Below are positions 10,345 to 21,217 of a stretch of 51,576 nt of DNA, one piece after another. The translations under genes were made by a program, and so were the position numbers. The notes beneath the pieces were generated by a model. The model saw only the letters and a list, made by a program, of their open reading frames with translations, did not search any database and had not been told where the DNA came from. Positions within the stretch are counted from its first letter, which is position 1; the number at the start of each line of letters is the position of its first letter. This DNA is from Folioceros fuciformis (taxonomy: Eukaryota), in NCBI GenBank assembly GCA_049999805.1, contig JBNGIO010006320.1, positions 313,593 through 365,168 of the forward strand, read 5' to 3'.

Positions 10345-11703
10345 GATTCAATTATTTTGTCCTAATTCATCGGGAAGAAAGGTTCACTATTCCCCAAAAA
10401 CTCTAAAGTGAATACCGCAAGTGTTTCGAAATCCGCTTGGAGTTTATCACACTCCAAACGTAGANNNNNNNNNNCAAGTGTTTCGAAATCCGCTTGGAGT
10501 TTATCACACTCCAAACGTAGACTGTGAAGCTGCTTCCAATCAACGATGTTGACCCTGAAACCCAGCAATTGCTTAACCTAGGCCTGATCTAGTGCACTGA
10601 GCAACCTTGTATCATTTAACATTCCCTACAATTTGGAACCACCCCTAAGATTGTATGGAGCTTAGCCAGCTCTTCCGTCATTGCTTCCAAACTGTTTTCT
10701 TGAAGAACTCTGGACCCCGAAGTGTAAATTGGACAAAAGCAAGATCATATCCAGCCACTCATGAAGTATGAAGCGAATAAAGAAAAGATCAAAAAGAACG
10801 CAAGAACAGTCTTCATGCAAGGACTTCTGGCAACAACTTGGCTGTTGTTCCACATACTACTGCTCATGCTTGGGCTTTGTCTGACTGCTGGCTGGCTCTT
10901 GCGTTGAACTAAGCTTTAGTTTCCTTTCAAGCTCATCAATCTCGTTTGAAAAACGCTGGAGTCTCCTATCCAGATCACGGATCTCTTCTTCTTGGTGTTT
11001 GTTTGCTTGATGCTGATCAAGTACGCGTTGTCTTTCGGTCTCTAGTGAGAAAAAAAATTCAGCTTGCTGTCCTCTCGAGCGATTAACCTGCAAAACCAAG
11101 AATTGGAAGTTGGAAGTTCTGCTTATGGACCAAAGACAGGCCTGGGTGGAGACGAAACTTGAGATGCCCGACATAGCATCTTTCAATCCCAACCTCTTCC
11201 GCCATGGCATCCAGCCTAGGGCTTCTCTCCTCACATGCCGCTGCCTTCGCCTCAGCTGCCACTGCCTTTGCCTCAGCTGTCGGTGCTCTTTGCTCAGATG
11301 CCACTGGACCTTCCTCAGGTGACGGTGCCCTTGCCTCAGCCACCGCAAGGCTGACTCCTGCCACCTGAACCCTCTCTCCTGCCGCCTGTATACCAAATTA
11401 CAGAACCAGAGATGAGGGGGCAGCTCCGCGAAGGTGATCAGTCTGGTGAGCGAATAATTGAACGTGGGGCTACGTAACGATTGTGCGAGGACCGCTTGAA
11501 GCTGATCGTCAATGGACATGTTATCGCCGTCGGGTGGAGACTGGAATATATCATCGACTTCAAACAGGGGTGTCGTCGTTGTCAGGCATGGATGCCTCGT
11601 CCTCCGCGGCAGTTGAATCTCCAGTCAGTCTACAAAAGCGGAGGGGCAGGGAATTAGTAAGGTCAGAAATTACCTTTTAATGGTGCTCTTTTGCACCCTG
11701 ATG
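10345..11703 (-). pseudogene. Family Y copy 1: GC5/TMF-derived coiled-coil gene, probably disabled and fused to a family X 5' end
   Basis: Exons homologous to copies 2/3 (AEAKAVAAEAKAAACEERSPRLDAMAEEVGIERCY; ETERQRVLDQHQANKHQEEEI...; TEELAKL). The donor after DQLQ is CAA|GC rather than CAG|GT, there is a TAA in the short GAKEHH exon, and an N gap at 10465-10474. Confidence 0.6.
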
Positions 11704-11870
11704 CACTCTTATGCGGGGTAAATGCGGGGGTTCAACTCTGCCCCGTTGCATCTCAGAAGTCAATACATGAAGGGATTCGTCGAAGCGGTGTGAGAAGGAA
11801 TAGTTTTCTTCGTGAATCGCAGTTCTGCAGGATCAATCAGCATCGTACGCGTTCTACCACCACCTTCCGT
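11703..11870 (-). pseudogene. Family X copy 4, truncated 5' remnant
   Basis: Same GCAG|ACACCGAACC context but the start is ACG instead of ATG. It encodes ...MLIDPAELRFTKKTIP..., then a frameshift, ...EMQRGRVEPPHLPRIRV, then switches to family Y sequence. Confidence 0.8.
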
Positions 11871-12679
11871 GGTTCGGTGTCTGCAAATGATACATGATTC
11901 ATTACCTCACAAATCATGCTGGAAGACATACTTATTTGAAAGTACAAGACGAGCTCAAGATAGCGCCAACCAGTTCGTAGTAGTCCACACCTTTGGGGAG
12001 GAACGTTACATGCATCAGTATCTTGATGGCATGCAGCAGATAAGTGTGTTACCAAGAGACCCTGTGTGTGATGCAGGCTGTGACCACTTCCCTTGCCGGC
12101 ACGGCAGTGTCTCCCGGGTACTGCTAGATCTGGAAGTCTGAGCGAAGCTCTTACACTGTCAGGAACATTAATGATGATCAACCTGTGCACTCTCCTATGG
12201 CTGTACTCGAATCAGTTCCGACTTCTAGAGAGGCATTTCCGCAGGAGCATTACAAGACACCTTTCCTAATCGGATGCCATGCAGCGGATAGCAAGTGTGT
12301 AACCAATGGACCTTGTGTGTGATTTAGGCAGTGACTTCCTTCGCTGGCATGGCAGTGTCTCCAGCGCGATGGCTAGATCAAACAGAGCAGGCACTTACAC
12401 TTCCAGGAATATTAATCATACATTCTCGGGCCATTCTCGGGCCATTCTAGGTCTGTAGTTTAAAAGCATGCAACCGGATCAACTCCGGCTCCCCAACAGG
12501 CATTTTGAAAACAGTGCATCAAACAGGTGATTGATGGAAGAACATGACAAATTATGACCTACCCGGCTACTGAATGTGAGACATAAATGAAAGTTCAAGA
12601 AGAGGTAAAATAATTAGAACCATGATAAAACAAATACCTTCTAATGAGCCTAAGGTTGAGTGGCTCCTTGGAACCCCCA

Positions 12680-12835
12680 TGGCCCCCATAGTACAGAACT
12701 ATCTGTAAGCCCCCGTAGTGCAGACGATATTTAAGGGCACTGCAGTGCGGAACCATATTTAAGGCCCCTATAGTACAGAATTATATTTAAGGCCCCTGCA
12801 ATGTAGAATCCTATTCAAGGCTCCCCTTAGTGTAA
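12680..12835. repeat. Degenerate ~32-bp minisatellite in AT-rich spacer
   Basis: About 5 units of (C)CCC.TAGT(A/G)CAGAA..ATATTTAAGG. A separate ~51-bp duplication lies at ~13030-13150 (AAACTC...TTAGACCTTAAGC.CTCTAGGTAGAAGATT). Confidence 0.6.
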
Positions 12836-13392
12836 AGTCATGCTTTTAGTCCAGAAGACATCAGCACTGAACGATCTGAACAGAAGGAAAGCACTCACAA
12901 GGAAAGGGAGAGGGACAGAGCCTCAAATTATCAAGATTGGTGACCTCAAATGATTGGTGGCTGGTAAAAAGACTACAAACCATTCAGTTCTCCAGCAAAC
13001 CACTAGTTAGACAAAAGAAACATCCATAAGCACTAGGAAACCTAAGCCCATGCATGGAAAACTCGGGTTAGACCTTAAGCACTCTAGGTAGAAGATTTCC
13101 ATGCGTGGGAAACTCATGTTAGACCTTAAGCTCTCTAGGTAGAAGATTCCCGCATCTAGATAGTACATGCTCAAAATGGGCATATGAAAGGAATTGAGAG
13201 CACCTTGTCAAATGCTTGACATGATCCCAATGCCTCCACCTGGCCTCCAGTCCTATGGAATCCAATCCAAGCAATTGCTTGGATCACGTTTCAATGTTTA
13301 TCTTGATCCTTCTTTGCAATAAACACCGAAGCCAGAACTTGGCTTACATATTTACCTCTACCGCGACAATACAAGTGTCATCGGTTGTCACA

Positions 13393-16300
13393 TTAACATA
13401 AACCATCTTTAAAATGATGGACTTGGTGTGCGTCTCGGACAACGATCTCTCTCCCTTCAAGTTTAGATATCACCTTGCTGCCATTGTGGCAGCCATAGCG
13501 CATTCTGAGATCCTTGGTGATGAAAAGAGATGTGTTTTCAGGTGTGTTCAAGATTCCAAAAGGAATGGCTAGTTTCTCTACATGTCCACACAGATGATCC
13601 TCCTTTCCCAACAGGTCAGTCTCAGCCACATAGGGGTGTGGACACCCTCACGAAGGGCCTACCTAGTAGGGTTTTGTTTGGCCTCCCTCGTTATGGCATA
13701 TTGGGAGGGCTGAAAGTTCAACCCTCCCATGTGCGGAGCCGGGAGGCTGTATAGTGGAAGGAGCGTGGCCGTTGCGCCTCCAGGGAGTAAACGCGCACGG
13801 CCACTTGCTTGTGATCGACCCGACCCGACCCTACCTGCTAGATGTATCTCCCACTCCCCGCTCCATGGCCGCGGTTTTTGGCGGCGGGGTTTCAAGATTC
13901 TATCATAACTCATAATGAGTGCCACCAATCCACCATGATTGGAGGACCACGTTCGTGTAACAACATGCTCTTGGCAAACCTTAGCAAACCCCGAACCACC
14001 TTGCTTGATGAAAGAATTGTACCCCGAACCACCTTGCTTGATGAAAGAATTGTACGTACAGTACATTGCATAAAAGGGGGTGGACGTAGTTTCAAACGGT
14101 GGTGCGGGAATCGGACCTAGCGAATGTTTCCTTTCCCCCGGCCGCGATGGGAGAGGTGTGCCCGCGCACGTGCACGTGCACGCGGGGGTTGCACGCGCAC
14201 ACGCACGCGGTGGTTGAGCGCGCACGCGCACGCACACGCAGTGGTTGCACGCGCGGCCCAGGTGCAGGCCTCTCCCATCAATTAGGTCCTTGGCCCTCTC
14301 CCATCAATTAGGTCCTTGGCCCTTGGGGTTCCTAGCCTCTGTGACGAAGGAGGCATGGTGGTTGCACTCGCGGCCAGGTGCAGGCACCCAATGAATTAGG
14401 TCCTTGGCCCTTGGGGTTCCTTAGTTCGGTACCATATAGGATGGTCGTGTCCGTCCTTGGCCCTTGGTGTTTCCAAATGTGGACCTTTGGTTATATAAGC
14501 GCAGGAGGGTGTGCATTCTTTTCCAAAACGCCAAACGCGTAGACGCTGGTGCTTCTGCTTCGGGTTAAGGAAGCTAAGCTTAGCTAAGTCCCGGAGCTCC
14601 TCTCCATAACCTAGCTATGAGGCCTCCACCAAGAATTTACATAACGCTCCCCAAGCACACGTGCCAAGCCGTGGTCTTGCGTGCGAAGTGCGAGGGCAGC
14701 CTCCGAGGGCAGCCTCCCACCGCTACGTGATTGGCCTACCTACATTTCCTTGGATTTGGACCCACCGGTACGTGATTGGCCTACCTACATTTCCTTGGAT
14801 TTTGGATCGATGTTCTTTCGCAAGAAATGATTCGAGTTTGTCGAAACTAAACTTTTTTTTTTTTCCCATCGCAGAGAGCCCAGAGTATGGGCCTCGTATG
14901 CCCACAGTGCAAGAAAGAGACACCGTTTCAAAAAGAGTGCGACATGGTTTTGGGAGACCGTTGTATCGACGAAACCTCGAAATGTAGGAGGTTTGAAAAT
15001 GATACCGAACACCAAGAAAAGGAGCGTGTGGGACACGTCACGAGTACGAATGGCTTGCTCGACCACGCGTCTGATCCAGTTCAATCACAGCCTTTGCAGG
15101 TTTCTTCTGAGCTCCAGCCGACTTCCTCAACTTGTCTACATCCTCTGCCTCTTCTTGTCTGCCAGCATCCGGATAGATTTTGGACATGAGGACATACCCA
15201 AGCCCATGTTAAGGATATCGGGCAATCATGGAATTCCATGTAACCACATTCTTGTTCACCAGTCCATCAAATACTATTTGCGCATCCAGCAGGCTTCCAC
15301 ATTGCCCGTACATGTTCATCAGGGAGTTCCCAATGAACACACTAGAATGGAGTCCCTTGGCAACGATCTGAGCATGGATCTGTTTGCCATCCTGCAAGGC
15401 TCCTATGCTGCCACACCCTTTTAGTATGCTTACATATGTGACGTCATTTGGTGACAAGCCCTCCTCGAGCATCGTTTTGTACAACTCCAGGGCTTTTGCA
15501 CCAAGACCATATTGAGCATATCCGCAATCATCACATTCCAAATAACAACGTTCCTTGTGGACACCCTTTCGAATACTTTGATGGGCGTCCTCCAAACTTC
15601 CACAGTTTGCATACACGTGTATGAGAGCGCTGCCAACAAACAGATTGGACTCAGCCTGACAGTTTAAGACATCCTCATGGACAAGCTTGCCTGATTTCAG
15701 ATCTCATTTACTTGCACAGGCTTTCAGGACTGCCACAAATATATAGCCGTTGGAATCTATGCTTGAGTTTCGCATTTTCTGATACAGTTGCATAGCACGT
15801 TGAGCGTTTCCATGATCAGCATGAGCTGAGATCAGTGAAGCCCATACGAACACATGAGGGGCAGGCAGCTTACTGAAGACACCCCTAGCTTCCAGCAATT
15901 TTCCGTGAGAAGCATACATGCGGATGAGGTGGTTCCCTAGAAAAGTATCCACCTCATGCCCACTACGGGCAGTAAGAGCATGAACGTATTTGCCCGCTTC
16001 CAGGTCCCTGTTTGTAATGCTGTCCTTCAGAAGCCTGTACAGCCTGTCTGCAGATATGTACGATCCTCTCCTGCACATTAAGTCCAAAGCTTGGACCGCC
16101 TCATGTAGCCGGTCTTCCTCCAATAATCTGCTCCAATCTTCTGACACCCCTCTTCTGCTCCAATCTTCTGACACTCCACATGGCTGCCACTTCCTGGCAC
16201 TCTGCATGTCCAGAGCAGTTGAAACAACGTGAGGACCTCAGCAGCATGGGCCAACCATTCACCATCTACAGGGAAGGGCCTTACCTTAGTTTGGATACCT

Positions 16301-16865
16301 GACAGAACCCCGATGCTCTCGAACATGTTTCGAGGACAGTGCCCATGAAAAAAAGAATGTCCTTCCTCACCCTTCGACTGGCTCGGTGAAGGCCCAAAGT
16401 TCTCCGTTGTTGTGCTGTTCACGTGGTCCGCACACTCGAGGTCTGTCTGTGCGATCACCCATTATCAACTGCAAACTGAGGACCAAGCAACGCCTCATTC
16501 TCCTGCTGCAGCATTACCACATATGCAGTTAAGCAGAAACCACAAATGGTCCGAGCAAGAGTCCCACCTCCTGCGCAGTCATAATCCACCACCGCGAAGG
16601 CTTTACAAAAGACTCTGGCCCCAGTCCCTCGTTTACAGCAACGGCATCTGCAACGCCAGCCTCAACCGTGAAAACCCAAAACCCTTCCAGTTCTCAAACC
16701 ACCAACATGATCACTCACCGCAGCTAGCACCAAACCATTGCATTCCCATTGAGAAATCCAGAGTCAGATCACGCCTCTCCAAGTTCACTCCACTGCCGGA
16801 TTTGCGATTTCGACAGCATCGACTAACAAAGTTGCCAGCCGCCGGGGTCCTTCGCTGCGTGATCA
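13393..16865 (-). pseudogene. Pseudogene paralogue of the KP-type DYW PPR gene
   Basis: Collinear with 2213..5304 but carries a ~1.4-kb insertion inside the DYW domain and a ~1-kb deletion (junction ~15226, equivalent to 2686>3663). It also has stops/frameshifts and degenerate Zn motifs (HVEKLA; RYGCH for CDDCH). Confidence 0.92.
13632..15070 (+). mobile_element. LTR-like insertion (probable solo or truncated retrotransposon LTR)
   Basis: Absent from the intact PPR paralogue. Begins with purine run AGGGG then TGTGGACA. It has internal direct repeats (33 bp x2 at ~13988-14053; AATTAGGTCCTTGGCCCT x3; ~44 bp x2 at ~14716-14805) and TATATAAG at ~14492. No coding domains and no clear target-site duplication. 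Confidence 0.6.
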
Positions 16866-17129
16866 TTTCCAGCTGGAATGCAGCTTAAGCAGATCACACA
16901 ATCTGGCTGGTTCGCAGCTCAACCTACTGATCCCACTTCACCGACCACCCGGAGCAAATGTGGCAGCGTCTTGTGACTCGGGTGTGTGATTCCGGCCTCA
17001 GTTCAGGTGGAGAGCGGGTGGCATTTCTCGCGCTGCCATGGAGTCATCAAGGTGGGTATTTGTGGGCTACACCCATTGAATTTCCCGGTTGTTGTGAAAC
17101 CTTGGTGGATGCCAAAGACGAAGGAAAAT

Positions 17130-18137
17130 ATGGCTACAACGACAGCAAGTGTGTGCAGAAGCTGCCTCTACGTTCGAGCCTCCCCGCAGTGTTACCTGCA
17201 TGTGTCACAGGCATTCTTACCTTCTTCGCAAAATTGTCTCTCCACCTCTCTGTCCTGTGCCTTGGCAAGCAAGCGTCCATCTTGGCTACTCTCTGGCCGG
17301 ACAAGGGTAGTGGTACAGGTCCGGGATGGGCATAATCCAGCTTCAGATCAACCGCCCTCCAGCCGAGCAGATGCAGTGCAGCAGGCAGGAGCATCACTGG
17401 CTGCGCTCTTGGAGAAATCTCTCAAGAAGCAGGGACCAGCCACGGTGAAGCAGCGGAAGGATCACAGGCAGCTGCGGCTTAGGGTAGAGATTCCAGAGCT
17501 GGACGACTCACCGGCATCCCTTCTAACCCTGTCGCTAGATGTCGTGTCAGCCTTTGCATCAGGGAAGAAGGGCCTGGTCACAGATATCGCCCTTTGCTTT
17601 GCAGACAGTTCTATCCAGGAGCTTGCCAGGGAAGGGCATTCTTCCACAGGTTTTGTTCCCCGACTTCATTTTCTCAGTCTGGAGGAGGGCGCTGATGTAC
17701 CGCAGGCGTGCTCTTGCGTTTTTGTTGTTGGACCACAGTTGGCACATGCGCCTGCCGTTTCAAACATCGCTGCGCAAGCGGGAACGAGGCCGGTTGTTGC
17801 AGTGAATCCATACTGGCCAGAGGATGAGGATGCATACGCAGCTAAGAAGGCTCTACTGTCTTCCTTCGAGGTTGCCTACTCCTTCACGCCCATATGTATT
17901 CAGGGGGTTTTCAGCAAAACAGAGGGGATCGTGATGAAGCATGCCAAGAGTGGAGCTCCAAGCGGGAGACCTTGGCTCATTTATGTGAAGGAAGGTGACA
18001 AGTACAAGTGTGTGAGTAGTCTGAAATCTCGCCCTGGTGCAGCTGAGCTTGAGACTGCCCTTTACAATGTCATTGCAGCCAATTCCCCTATCACGAAGTC
18101 TGTTAGCTTTCTCAGAGGGTTGGTAAATCGGCAATGA
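17130..18137 (+). CDS. DUF1995-domain protein, probably plastid-targeted (335 aa, intronless)
   Basis: Ser/Ala-rich transit-peptide-like N-terminus (MATTTASVCRS...). Then DAVQQAGASLAALL...LRVEIPELDDS...RPVVAVNPYW...FEVAYSFTPI...PWLIY...RPGAAELETAL, which matches the DUF1995 layout. Confidence 0.8.
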   Translation: MATTTASVCRSCLYVRASPQCYLHVSQAFLPSSQNCLSTSLSCALASKRPSWLLSGRTRVVVQVRDGHNPASDQPPSSRADAVQQAGASLAALLEKSLKKQGPATVKQRKDHRQLRLRVEIPELDDSPASLLTLSLDVVSAFASGKKGLVTDIALCFADSSIQELAREGHSSTGFVPRLHFLSLEEGADVPQACSCVFVVGPQLAHAPAVSNIAAQAGTRPVVAVNPYWPEDEDAYAAKKALLSSFEVAYSFTPICIQGVFSKTEGIVMKHAKSGAPSGRPWLIYVKEGDKYKCVSSLKSRPGAAELETALYNVIAANSPITKSVSFLRGLVNRQ

Positions 18138-18775
18138 GAAGTTAGATGCCGTCTAATTGCTTGCCTGTGGAAAGCTGCACCCCTGAATCTGCTCCTGTGT
18201 GTCTTTGTATCCTTTTTGGTCAACCCTCCTCTCCTGCTTTAGTACAAAATGGATGCCTCTTACGCTCACTCTCACTGCAGCTGCCTCCGATCAGCTGAGC
18301 AAGCTGTACCTCGCCAGCTACATCTAAATTGGTCTTCGACCATGATGATGATGTTCTTGAGGACTGGNNNNNNNNNNCATCTAAATTGGTCTTCGACCAT
18401 GATGATGATGTTCTTGAGGACTGGTACTGATGAGTCCAAATGCAGTCTGCACGATACTCACAAGCAAGCATAACACAGTCGGCGATGAGAAGTTAGGTGC
18501 CGTCTAGTCCCCTGCTTTCCAACTGCACCTCTGAATCTGCTCCTGTGCGTCTTTGTATCCTGGTGGTCAACCATCCTCTCCTGCTTTTGTACAAAATGGA
18601 TGCCTCTTAAGCTCACTCTCACTTCAGCTGCGTCCGATCAGCTGAGCAAGGTGTACCTCGCCAGCTACATCTAAATTCATCTTCGATCATGATGATGTTC
18701 TTGAGGACTGGAACTGATGAGTCCAAATGCAGTCTGCTCGATACTCACAAGCAAAGTATAACAGTGTCGGCAATG
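18129..18775. repeat. Tandem duplication of ~300 bp of the DUF1995 3' flank
   Basis: TCGGC.ATGAGAAGTTAG.TGCCGTCTA...GATACTCACAAGCAA...TAACA occurs twice with substitutions. The first unit includes an N gap (18368-18377). Confidence 0.85.
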
Positions 18776-19300
18776 GGAAGCGACTTCAGCTCTTGCTCTT
18801 TTATCTCTGAAGTTCCTGCCAACCACTTCAGATTCCAGATGTAGAGGGCTGCCCACATGGCACATGTTTCCTTGTTGCGCTCCATGGGAAAAGCAAGCTG
18901 GGAATTAGGTGGTCGCAACCACCACATTCCTCCAGGATTAACCATACTAGCATATGTTTTGGCCTGGCACCCCATCTGTCAACCTTCCTGGGCCGATAGA
19001 AATCTCCGTCTAGCTAACCAGATTGGTCCACTTGAGGACGCTGAATTGGGCCAACAATAACATTGCAGCTCGGGTTGCCCTCACCGGGAACGAAAACGTA
19101 AGTACCAAATCGGCCGGCTGTTGGCCAACATGCCGGAGGCCAGACTGGAGACCTACTATTGTAGATACACACTATCGCCTTGATTGTACCGGGAACGTCG
19201 TGGCAACTGCTGTACAGCCACCTGGACGCCTCTAATCCCCTCTCATGTCTCCTCGTCAATGCCTAGTGGGCTGCATAAACCACTTTGAAGCTTTGCAGCC

Positions 19301-21217
19301 ATGGAGATGGCAGAATACGTGGCTCACGATCTGAAGGACTGGTTGTTGTACCTGGCGCTGGTACTGGCGGCGCTGGCTTTGTTACTGCAGCGTTGGAAGC
19401 ACAGCAGCAGGCAGAAGGAGAGGCTACCGCCTGGCCCGCCAGGGCTGCCAGTGTTTGGCAATCTTTTCCTTCTTGTAACTTCCAGCCATCCGCACCAAGA
19501 GCTACACCGCTTAGCGCGACAGTATGGCCCCATCATGTCATTGCGGCTGGGGTCGAGGCTGGGGATCGTTGTGTCCTCTCCGGAGATGGCAAAAGAGTTG
19601 CTCAAGACTCAGGACCGGGAGTTCGCAAACCGCCGCGCCACGACTGCCAAGGATGCCATGGGGTACGGGGAGAGCACCATGGCCTTCGCCTCTTACAGCT
19701 CACACTGGAGATTTCTGAGGTCAGTATTGAACGTGCATTCACGATTCTGATCATCGTGCTGGTTCAGTAGGACCTGTTCCAGAAACCGGGTCGATCGAGT
19801 TCCAAACACCTGCTCTAGTCCATACGTGTGCTGCGTTGGCTACCGCTGCGTCTACATGATACATTGGAACGCAGGAGGGTTGCAAATTCCGAGCTTCTGA
19901 GTGCGAAGCGGGTTCAGCAGTTTCAGTCTGTGAGGGAAGAGGAGCTGGCAAGAATGGTGAAGTCCATCCTGGAGGACAGTCAGAGGTCTCCTCTAGTGGA
20001 CGTGCAGCAGAGGACGTTTTTCCTCACCATGAACGTAATGACGCGCATCTTGATGAGCAAGAGGTTCTTCTCGTACACCAAGGTCTGTCAATCCGACAAA
20101 GGGGATGAAGAGGTATGTAATTGGTCCCTATTAACTGACGAGTCTCCCTCGCCGACGGTATGTCATTCTGAGCCTGCGAATTCCTGGGCAGAACTTGGCC
20201 GAAGAATTTAGAAGTCTGATCGAGGAACTCTTTTTCCTGGGTGGAGTTTCTTTGATAGGAGATGTCATCCCATCCTTGGGCTTCCTGGACCGAATTATGA
20301 ACTACGAGAAGAGAATGCGTAGAGTTCACCAGCGATTTGACTCCTTCCTGACAGCAGTGCTCGAGGAGCATAGGCAGACCATAAACGACCACGAAGCCAG
20401 GAACTACGTCGATATCTTGCTCTCTCTACCAGGAGAAGACGGTGCTCCACATATGGACGAGGTTGTCATGAAGGCTCTGGCCATGGTACACCTCCTGTTA
20501 GTAAGCTTACGTCCAGTCCAGTTCAGTCGAGGATGATGCGTTAGTACACTGTTCAGTGTGCCCTGAACATCGTTTGTGCATGTTGTGCAGAGCGTGATCA
20601 CTGCCGGCACGGACACATCTAGCATCACAATGGAGTGGGGCTTGTCAGAACTGCTCCGAAATCCCCAGACTCTACAGAAACTGTACCAAGAGCTGGACGA
20701 GGTTGTAGGAAAAGAGAGGGTGGTGACAGAATCCGATCTCGCAAACCTTCCCTACTTACAGGCTGTGGTCAAGGAAACATTCCGCCTTCATCCAGTCGCG
20801 CCGTTACTGGTTCCACATGTGAGCAGCGAGGCTTGCGAGGTGGGGGGCTTCTACATCCCTCCCGGGACCACCGCCTTCGTGAACGTGTGGAGCATCTCCC
20901 GGCAGTCCGACGTGTGGGAAAATCCGCTGGAATTTCAACCTGACAGATTCCTCAACTGCGACATCGACTTGCGAGGTCAGCACTTCGAGCTGCTCCCTTT
21001 TGGCTCCGGGCGGCGATCTTGCCCTGGGATACACATGGGGCTGACTATGGTGCAATACTCTCTTGCGAGGCTGGTGCACAGCTTTGATTGGTCTCTGCCA
21101 CAGGGTCAGGCACCTGATGAGTTGGATATGGAGGAGAAGTTTGGCCTTACCGTGCCTCGAGCCAAGCCTCTTTTGGCTAATCCTCTGCCTCGTTTACCTC
21201 CCCACCTTTATGAGTGA
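19301..21217 (+). CDS. Cytochrome P450, CYP71 clan, CYP703-related (525 aa, 4 exons)
   Basis: Exons 19301..19719, 19875..20112, 20192..20485 and 20591..21217 splice in frame. N-terminal anchor, LPPGPPGLP, AGTDTS, KETFRLHP (ExxR), FQPDRF, heme motif FGSGRRSCPG. Confidence 0.95.

Noticed and set aside
10418-10523. Perfect ~47-bp duplication flanking 10 Ns (similar case at 18328-18427)
   Set aside because: Typical scaffolding overlap artefact at an assembly gap.
11868-11870. ACG start codon restorable by C-to-U editing
   Set aside because: PPR-mediated editing acts in organelles, not on nuclear mRNA, and the ORF is also frameshifted.
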